Shown piece after piece: positions 54,882 through 64,000 of a stretch of 64,000 nucleotides of DNA (the stretch's first letter is position 1; each line of letters opens with the position of its first letter). The position numbers were made by a program, and so were the translations under genes. The DNA comes from Eledone cirrhosa (Eukaryota): contig OZ024743.1 of NCBI GenBank assembly GCA_964016885.1, positions 156,302,001-156,366,000 of the forward strand, read 5' to 3'. The notes beneath the pieces are model-generated. The model made no database searches and was not told the origin of the DNA. It saw only the letters and a program-made list of their open reading frames with translations.

Positions 54882-54887
<6 letters not shown>
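53288..54887 (+). mobile_element. inverted 1.6-kb partial copy (RT thumb, GIY-YIG and pLTR) of the adjacent PLE
   Basis: Reverse complement of 48975-50577 with scattered substitutions. ORFs 53289-53846 and 53783-54367. Ends in (TA)n. Confidence 0.95.
54633..54700 (+). ncRNA. hammerhead-like core in the pLTR (copies on minus at about 49195 and 53186)
   Basis: CUGACGA-U-GUUGCA gaug UGCAAC-GAAA with a perfect 6-bp stem II. Stems I and III are not convincingly resolved. Confidence 0.45.
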
Positions 54888-54963
<76 letters not shown>

Positions 54964-54972
54964 TAGGCTAAA

Positions 54973-55074
54973 CCCGCTGATGAAGCCAATTGTGCATTGT
55001 TGCATAATATATGCGGACAGAGGGTTCTGTGCACTCTATTGCTGCATTAAGTGTGGCCGAAGCCCGAGTTCGGG
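54973..55074 (+). ncRNA. degenerate type I hammerhead with long branched stem II (solo pLTR fragment)
   Basis: CCCG-CUGAUGA-AGCCA...UGGCC-GAAGCCCGAGUU^CGGG. Confidence 0.55.
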
Positions 55075-56407
55075 AATAATTGAAGGTACACGTTTACGTG
55101 CGTTGTATTAAAGCGAATAACTATATGTATACCCTGTATACCCAAGCATTCATTAAAAAACGTTCTTTGTACAGAGTTTCTTTCTTTTTGAAATATGTAT
55201 GTTTTTAGGTATTTTGAGGCTGTGTTCTTGAAACGTTATGCTAAATATTTTTCTAATTTGTTTCAAAAATTCCCTCCAAGCATTATTTGCGGTGATTGTC
55301 ACATATAATACAGTTGCGGGTGTGTACGTGATCGGTGTGGGCGAGGGTGCCTACAGACACAGAAGACGCCGAAGGGCCACCAGCAGTTCAAGCATACAAC
55401 CACTTACCTACTACAGTTGTAATTCCAATCTAAGAAACAACTTTGATTGACAGGTGGAGAATGAAAAGAACCAAATAGTGGACAACCATGAGTGGTTAGA
55501 AATATCGATGACCTGTACAATTCTTGACCACTCATGGAATGACAAGAACAGGATCTAAGCCGACAGGTGAACGATATCGATGTAAAAGGACATTAGGAAA
55601 ATCTGCTTCGTAGAATCAAGACGTATGTGAGAACCTTGAGATTTACAGAGTCAGGTTCGAGCATCACATCGATCGTGCTTCATGCTGGTCGCCAGAAAAA
55701 CGATTGTAATATGTCCAATAAATTCCATTAGTCGCAACACTAATTCTCTTTTTTTTTGTGATATTATACTCTGCTCTATGAGAGCATCGAGTGCTCAAAC
55801 GGTCTACCCCATATGGATGCTTTAAGCATCAAACACCAATTATATATATTTATATATATCATTCAGAAATCTAATTGTCACTGATATACAGCAAGTCCCA
55901 TTGTAAGATAGCTAAATTCATCAATCAGAGAATTATATGTACATGTATAGAATAAGTTTCACAATGATAACGAGGGGAAGTTCCTAGTAAAGTAACCTAA
56001 ATAAGTTCGCTTCAGCATTAATTTTTCCTTTATCGAATTTTGGATAAGGTAACATTCGCCATTTTAATAATACCTAAAGCACACAATACCGATAAAATAC
56101 CGTTTTTCAAGGGAAATATTTGTGAGTAAACGTAATACGTCTATTGCCGATCGAGCATGGTGTAAATTTTCCAGCATGCATAGATCAAGTATATAAGTAA
56201 ATATTTGTATATGAGAAAAAGAGACAGATAATTAAACTGCTAGAAAAGCACATATAAGGAAGAATATATAGACAAATGGTACATCGACTCCAAAAGAGGT
56301 TAAAAATTACAATTAAACAATGTCTCTGACTGACGTTAACTACAATATAATACAATAAAGACTTTCTGATTAGAACGTAACACGTACATACGTACATTAA
56401 TGTGAAC

Positions 56408-57071
56408 CAGTGTTTCCCAACGTGGGAGATAGTGCACCCTCGTCGGGACTGTTCTGTTTAAAGGGGGTGCTGGGAGTTTTATTTCGTTTGCGGGGCAGTG
56501 AATATACTCAAGTGGGCGGTGGGCATTTATCTATTTTTTTTCTTTAAAATCTTTTTCTTTAAAATTTTCAAAAAACTCTTTATCCACTTTGGCGGCACCA
56601 AGCAAATTCCTGGCACCATGTGTAACTGGTGACGATAAAGTGAAACCCCCAAAACAAAAGGAAAAACAAAAAAACTGATGAATTGTTACTAAAAGGCGAC
56701 TAAAAGAACAAAGAAATCTATGAATAAAAGCGAAAACCTGAATATGTGTCTATTTGTGTTCAAATATATAAAGGATGGTGGTCAGAATTTTTTATGAAAC
56801 TGGCTTTTAGGAGTGGCTGATGTTTGTATATGGTTACGTGTATGTGAGTGTGTTGCCGTTTAGAATTCTTTCCTACGATTGAACTTAAATCGACCCCTAG
56901 TGATTAAAGGCCCAACCACACACACGCACACACACATTTGTTTAGGCTTTGTAGCGATTTGATGTAAGATGAATTCAGTATCTTGTTTGAAATTCCATTT
57001 GAGAGTGGGACGTTGACAAAACGATGTGCGCCCAAAGGTGGCGTTGACTGACAAATGGTTGGGAAACATTG
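56408..57071. mobile_element. hAT/Charlie-like MITE
   Basis: TIRs CAGTGTTTCCCAAC ... GTTGGGAAACATTG (13 of 14 match). No clear 8-bp TSD. Confidence 0.6.
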
Positions 57072-57074
57072 TAA

Positions 57075-57195
57075 ACTAAGGGTCATTAGAAATACGTTTG
57101 TTTTCCTATCAGCTCTTCTAAATGAGTGGCGATGGTTGTACCACCTTTCCATAAATCCAGTTGGAGTTGCACCAATATATCTATAAGACATCACA
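57075..57195 (-). mobile_element. Naiad-type GIY-YIG fragment
   Basis: YRYIGATPTGFMERWYNHRHSFR. Confidence 0.75.
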
Positions 57196-57792
57196 TCATA
57201 AATAGTAGATTTAAAATTATTAATAAACGTTTGGAAATGTTTAATTCTTGTTTACACAAAATTAATAAGACATTTCAGAGAGTATATTGTTAAAACGTAA
57301 ATAATGTTAAATAGAATACGAACTAATTAATTCCACATCCATTAATATATAGAGACATTATAATGTCAGCATCAAAGTACAAATATCTAAAATTAGAATT
57401 AGTATCTTATTTAATATAATCTAGTATAAAATAAATAAATAAAATATAGACCAACCGTTGATACATGCCGCACTAGGTATCAAGCGACCAACCTGGTAAC
57501 TTAATACCCGAGTCAGTTCGCGAGCAACAACGCCAATTGAAATATCTATCTCCAACACATAAGAACAACTACTTAAAAGTTTTCTGACATATGCTTACTG
57601 GTCGGTGAGGGAATAACTCGTATCACCGGAGACATATCAATGGACATTTACATCTCGTATAATATATAATATATATAACTAACAAACAGTTTATCGATCT
57701 ACATGGCTGAATGTCAGAATACAATAAATGTAATCTGAGCTTTTCCAATATTAATGATAATATTCGATTCGTTGCAATTATGCAAACATCCT

Positions 57793-57831
<39 letters not shown>

Positions 57832-57994
57832 TATATATAAATGTATATGTATTTATGCAGATGTATACTCACGCTAGCAAAGATATAGGTTTTGTCATAG
57901 TAACTTTGTTGTTCAATACAAAGAGATGTAGAACAATTATATGAAAGACGGAAAATAAGAAAATTATAATAATTAACTCACTTACTTAAATATT

Positions 57995-58076
57995 ACATCA
58001 ACTAATTAGTTTCTGAAAGGGGATATACATAATCTCCAAATGGTGACCATGGAGAATCTTTTCTTCATCAGGGAGT
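57995..58076 (-). ncRNA. type I hammerhead motif (3' strand of stem I decayed)
   Basis: ACUCC-CUGAUGA-long stem II-GAAACUAAUUAGUU^GAUGU. Confidence 0.62.
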
Positions 58077-58522
58077 CATTCTCGGATAAGATTCCTGGCG
58101 ATATGCGGACACAGGGAACTTATACAAAAATAATTTAGTGGATGGAAAAACGCTAGCTCGGACTAAATTCCAAGCCATTGAAAACTTCACTGCCTTCCTG
58201 GTTAGTGGCAAATTAAAAAGAATCGATCACGTGACATCGAGGTTAATTAGTGAGGAGTGGGTGTTAAAAAGCCAGTAGCCAAACTGAATACTATGAGCCA
58301 TAGTAGAAATTTTGGCAAATTTTTGCTCAACCAAATAATTTGGAGATAAATATAAAGAATTAGTATATCTACCAACATATTTATACAGATGTATACTTAC
58401 GCTAGCAAATATATAGGTTTTGTCTTAGTAGCTTTGTGTTTCAATACAAAGAGATGTGGAACAATTATATAAAAGACCTAAAATAAGAAAATTATAGTAA
58501 TTAACTCAATTAGTTAAATTTC

Positions 58523-58604
58523 ACTCCAACTAATTAGTTTCTGAAAGAGGATATACATAGTCTCCAAATGGAGACCATGGAGAATCCTTTCTTCATCAGG
58601 GAGT
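58523..58604 (-). ncRNA. type I hammerhead ribozyme motif
   Basis: ACUCC-CUGAUGA-[AGAAAGGAUUCUCCA...UGGAGA...AUCCUCUUUCA]-GAAACUAAUUAGUU^GGAGU. Perfect stem I and palindromic stem III. Confidence 0.78.
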
Positions 58605-60779
58605 CATTCTCGGCTACGATTCCTGGCGATAGGTGGGCACAGGGAACTTATACAAAAAAAATATATATATATATGTACAAAAAAATCTAACATGTATGAC
58701 GAAGTGTTATATATAATGGCGTTATATATTCTAGGTTTTCTATATTTAACTGAGATGTGTCTGTGCATGAGCGCAACCTCAGAAACACCCACACACAAAC
58801 ACAAATACATTCACATTATATATCGGATTTGTATTTTCTATTCATTCTCTGACGATCTATTTATTCCACATGTAACAATTGACATCAAATAGTCGGCGAA
58901 TTCAGAATGTTATGTAAGATAATTTCGAGAGATATATTGATAAACAGAAATCAATAATGTATTGACATTTGGATCGTTATTGTAACCTATACACCCATAA
59001 AGTAAAAAGCATTTTACATTAAATTGGCCGAACATTTTTTTTTTAGTTAATGAGTTTTGTACAATGTCAGCGTTTAATAGAGAAAGGAAATACATTTTAC
59101 GTAATTATGATACTTAATATTAAACTGCCTTCGATGCCTGGCAATGCTCTACAAACCAATGTTGTAGACTGGAGAGAGTAGAGGTGTGATCACGGATATG
59201 TGGGATCTAATCGGTTTGATCTCGGATATGTGGTTTCTTAAATTACGTCTGGGTTGTTTTTCCCTACTTATTACGGTATTCTGTTATAAAGTTTGTTGAT
59301 ATTTATTACTTATGTTTATTTTCTCTTTAAACGTCTATATAAATAAAAAAGTTGAATCGTGTCCATCAGTCCGTGTGTCACTCCACATTGAATGGGGATG
59401 GTGCACATTGAACTCAGAAAAAATAATCAAACATCGTTTCAACTCGATGTATGTGTGTGTGTAAAAGAGAGGAATGAGGATGCTGAACAACTCCGGCAAA
59501 AGCAGCCAACAAACTTCCAGAAAGCAGAGTAAAAGGAGACTTACAGACTTCTTCTCTCTCTCTCTCTCTCTCTCTCACTCTCTCTCTCTCTCTCTCTCTC
59601 TTTCTATCTCTCCCTCCACACTTAATCACTCTCTCTCTCATGAAATATTACTTCGTAAATTCCAAAAGAAAGGAACGCGAATTTATACTTCTATATGTTA
59701 GACGAAGCGAGTCGTTGCATTTGCTTATGTATGCATATGAGTGTATAGCGAAATATGTCCACACCTTGACCTCTGGGTGACATTAAACGTCTATTTTTTT
59801 GGGTATCTCCTTTCAGGCGTAAACAAGCCTGAGGGTGGACGACTAGGGAACGGAGGAAGCGACAGATATAAATATCATGTCTTAGATGAAGCGAAAAGAA
59901 GTTCGAAGCAGTTCTTGAAAGAGGAACACCCAAACTCCCTCTCATGGTCCCTCACCTAACCAAGACAGTGAATTTCATAAAGTTTTCTTGGTAACTACAA
60001 TTTAATTCTACTTTTCCGAACAAAAATCTAACATACATAATTCCTGTGTATTTTTAGTATAGTGCCGGCGTGAGTTATTTTTAATAAATTAATAATATAG
60101 CGGATTGATGTCATCGTGGTTCATTTATATATATTTCATTTTCTGCGTGGTCAAAGAACTATCATATCATCTTATTGAACACTTAATCACTAAAATTCAC
60201 ACATGCAACCTCTGGGCACACTGAACACTAAACAAATAATCGCTATGTGTATACGTGTCTTTGAGTTTGTTCCTGTGAAAAATTCATGTAATTGTCACTC
60301 ATATTTTCATTTAGTCACAATATCAATTTTGGAAACAGATGCCAAGGAGAAACATGTCACTCTCCACAAGCTCTTCAGGCGTTGCTAACGAGGCAAGAAC
60401 AAAGTGGTGACAAGCAGAAGAACAATATTCTACATTGCAGCAAAGGTAAGTACAGGTAGCCAGAGCAAGCGCACACTATTCCCTTGCACAACGACAACAA
60501 AAACATGAAAACGATCGAAGGAAGGCTACTGCACTCAGGGCCAATGTGACTCAAGAGGCAAGGAAAATCAGCCAGAACAATTACGTCAACAAAATACAAC
60601 GGGCAGCGGCCAAGAATCAAAAGAGGAAAGAGGAAAATGTTTAAAGAATGCAAGATAAAGACAAGCTGCTAGAGTTGTCACTGTGTCAATAGTTCAGCAA
60701 GAGATTAGACAAAGAAAATGCAGGAGGAAACATTTGCTACAGGAGTTCGCCAATCCTGAAGCGTCATGATCAGGAAAGG

Positions 60780-62700
60780 CTGAATACGTTTAACAAAAGT
60801 ATAGCAACTTTCAATGAGACTTCGAAAAGATCAGCTTTCAAGTATGATCCAATGCATGATTATTCTACAGAGAAATTGATTGGTATTGGTGCAATGTCAA
60901 AAGAGTGCAGTGTGTGTAAAGGAAAGCAATTGGAAAGAGAAACACTCACTATGTGTTGTTCAGGAGGAACAGTTGTTTTACCGACGTTTGGTACACCCCC
61001 AGATGATCTGAAGGCATTGCTTTTGGGAAAAACATCAAAGACCATGCACCTCTTTAAAAGCATTAGAAGGGAACTTCAAGCCAACCATTAACTTTCGAGG
61101 TCAAGTATAACGTCGTATTGGATGTTGGTTGCCAACTGAAGGCAAAAATCCTCATTTGTTGCAATTATAGTTTGTGGCAAATTGCAAGGAGCAGGCTTTG
61201 CTAGGGACATTGAGCCTTGCAAAATTTGAAACAAGAATTAATCTTTGATTTACAAGATATGTTATATACAAGCAATAGCTACATCACAAAATTCTAATAT
61301 TTATTGGAACTTGCGCCACTCCCTGAGTACAAGGTAGTCATTGATATAGAAAAAAAAGTCTGTTGGTCAACACAGAGGTCGCTACAATGTTCCTGCTGCA
61401 AATGAGTAGCTGCAATTATTACTGGCAAGGAGTATTCGAGGAAGAGGAAATAAGTTGTAGCGCATAAATGCAACCCACCATATGGTGCACTCCAGTATCC
61501 ATTAATCTGTGTATTTGCCCTAGATGGATATCACTTTGGTATCAATCTAACAAAAGATTCTGCACTGACAAAAAGAGTAAGCTGCATGCTATTCTATGCT
61601 TACATTTTCATATTAATAAGAGCAAGACTTCAATATTCTTCATCATTCATGTGAGCTCTTCCAGCAATTTTCAGTTGATATGTATGCAAAACATTGAAGG
61701 GGAAATACTACTTTACATTAGAACACACCAGAAAGATCTCCGTGCATCAGACTACCGTCACCTGAGAGATTCAATCAGTAATGAAGGAGAATTGGCTGCT
61801 GATAACATTGGACAGCTTTGTATCATTCTTCCATCAAACTTCACAGGAAGTCTACGGTATATGCATGAAAATACCCAAGATGCACTGACATATGTCAGAC
61901 ACTATGGTGGTCCAGACCTTTTTCTTTACATTCACGTATAACCCAACATGACATGGAATAAGAGTGAATTTTGTTATCATCATAAACCCAAAGATCGTCA
62001 TGATATTATTGCTAGGGTGTTCAGACTTAAAGTCATAAAACTGATGGATCTCCTGAAACGACGAAGTCTTTCGACCAGCCTTATGTGGAACATACACAGT
62101 GTGAATGGCAAAAACGAGGATGTCTGCATGACCACGTTCTGATTTGGCTACAAAATATCCTTTGCTGCATGAAATTGTCAAGTCACAGATAATTCATGTG
62201 CCCGGTGGTGCAATTAATCCATCCTTCCCATGCATGATGGATAAAACGTGTACCAAGAACTACACCCATCCGACTATACTATAAACGAAAACTATAGAAG
62301 ATGGCTACTCTATTTACAGAAAACCTGGGCAGGGTGGATTCACTTCGAAAAAAAAAAAAAGGAAATGGATAAGAATTCATCATTGAAAATCGGTGGATTG
62401 TACCCTACTATCATCTTCTTACAAAACATTCCAAAGCCCATATCAATTTCCATATCAATGATGACTGCTGAAACTCTGTTAAGTCAATTAAGTATGTTTG
62501 CAAATATCAGTACAAAGGTTTAGATGCTGTAACATACACATTTTACAGAATGCCAGTCAGCAAATAAACAAAAATGATGAAGTTGTACAGTATGAGAGAG
62601 GAAGATACATCAGTAGCAATGAGGCTTTTGGGGCATGTTCAATTTTCCCATTTATAAGAGTCACCCAGCTATCATTCAACTGAACGTTTTGATGAAGTAT
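60780..62700 (+). mobile_element. decayed Helitron Rep (HUH) region
   Basis: CSVC..MCCSGG, HQKDLRASDY, ILPSNFTGSLRYM..QDALTYVRHYGGPDLF, DRHDIIARVF, EWQKRG..H.H and DEVVQYERGRYISSNEA. Confidence 0.88.
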
Positions 62701-62879
62701 GTGGTTTCAACCCATTCCATTATTTGAGGAGAGTAAATGTGTGAAACATATAGAGTAGCATACTATCAAAAAGGTTTGTTAGAAAATGATGATCATGTAT
62801 TCATATCTATGTATTCCTGACTATCTGTTTCCTCTTTATCACATCACTAATACCTCTCGTGAAAACTGAAAACCACAGG

Positions 62880-64000
62880 ATTGTAATACCGACTTCCAGC
62901 CGGTAGATACAATAGTTTATGACTTTGCTTATTAATCCGTATAGTGAGGAAATGGGGTCCCACCTGCTGGACCCCACACCACGGCGATCAAGATGGAGAA
63001 GGCGTTTCTCGGAGGATGGTAAGGGAGATGCGCTGGAAGAGCCATTCCACCTCGCGAGGCTCATACCTGCGGCTGGGCAGCTAAGCGCCTATGGTGGTGA
63101 ATAAGGAGGTAGACCTAGGGCCAAGGACACCAGAAATCTCCACTGCCAAGGCCACGACCGCGAACCTGTCGAAGAGCGACCTGTACTTGGAGAGTTTGGC
63201 CTCCTCAGCCCCACGTGGGGCAGTACCTGGGTTAGTCGCAGACTGCACCAGGTTGCGGCTGGAGAAAGTGTCGCTGCAAGTGGGATCCCAGATGAGGGGT
63301 TTTCCACCGCGGAATGTGAAGGTGGTCATACTTCGCCTTTAGCTATCCCCTCGGTCCAGCCCCAACGGCTCAAGCTGGGAGGGGAAGCCTGCACCTTCCA
63401 AGTCATGCTTAATGACCGCGTTGAGGGCAGCATGGCATTGAATGCAGCTGGCACTGTGGCGACAGGAAAGCGAGTGGAGTCCAAAAGTGTCCATGGTGTT
63501 TCCACAGCGACATTTATGTGGCTCGCAGATCCGGAGTCCAAGGCACCACGAAACGCCCACGCGCAGGCTATCGTTATCCAGTTGTGTGCCAGTGGAGAAG
63601 GAGGGAAAGGCATGGAACCAGAAACCACTCTGGCGTTTGGAGGTCACGCGAAGACAGGCAAGGCGGTGCTGGTCGAGCTGACGCGTGAACCTGTCTGAGG
63701 CCAGGCTGCACTGGATGGCATCCTATACGCTTAGGGAGGACATGACGTCAGCAGGGGGCGAAGGAGGAGGGACGTCTACCGGGCTAAATCGCAGCCTGTC
63801 CCACGTCTCACAGGCGACCTCACGTCCCTGAACACAGGCTTCTATTGTGTTTTGTAGAACCCTGCTGATGAGGACGTGGCATGAGGTTACCGATGAAAGA
63901 AACGCAGGCAAAGCCAGCGAGATCAGGGACCGCAGGCCAAGGCCGCCATATCTGACAGGTAAAGTGGCCTGTTGCCATCCAATGTCGTCAAACCTGATGT
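62880..64000 (-). mobile_element. CRE-clade non-LTR retrotransposon, 3' part (zinc finger and RLE), running off the window
   Basis: SGFWFHAFPS..GTQLDNDSLRVGV..LGL.ICEPHKCRCG..GLHSLSC..H, EPLGLDRGD, GKPLIWDPTCSDT, AEEAKLSKY and AVEISGVLG. GC-rich. Confidence 0.88.

Larger units (their letters stand above)
57851..58659 (-). repeat. tandem direct repeats of about 280 bp (period 528 bp), each with a type I hammerhead
   Basis: 57851-58130 matches 58379-58659. TCATCAG at 58065-58071 and 58593-58599. Confidence 0.92.

Overview
AT-rich eukaryotic DNA with many microsatellites, almost entirely repeat-derived. The tRNA-headed SINE family resembles the abundant octopod cephalopod SINE (recognised from memory, not searched). 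I found no confident host protein-coding gene, rRNA, true tRNA or CRISPR array. Contents: Helitron relics at both ends (PIF1 helicase C-terminus 1-600, Rep 60.8-62.7 kb); a LINE cluster at 3.2-21.2 kb (three R4/Dong-type RLE LINEs and one L1/Tx1-type LINE); many Penelope-like elements (PLEs), including a near full-length Naiad-type copy (25.2-29.1 kb) and a 6-kb element with a 1.6-kb inverted duplication (48.9-54.9 kb); CR1 and CRE fragments; a hAT-type MITE; and a 200-N gap. The most notable unannotated signal is about ten different families of type I hammerhead-ribozyme (HHR) motifs. They occur in solo fold-back pseudo-LTR (pLTR) palindromes inserted in (TA)n tracts, and in a 528-bp tandem ORF-less unit (57.85-58.66 kb) with retrozyme-like architecture. 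All folds and alignments were done by eye.
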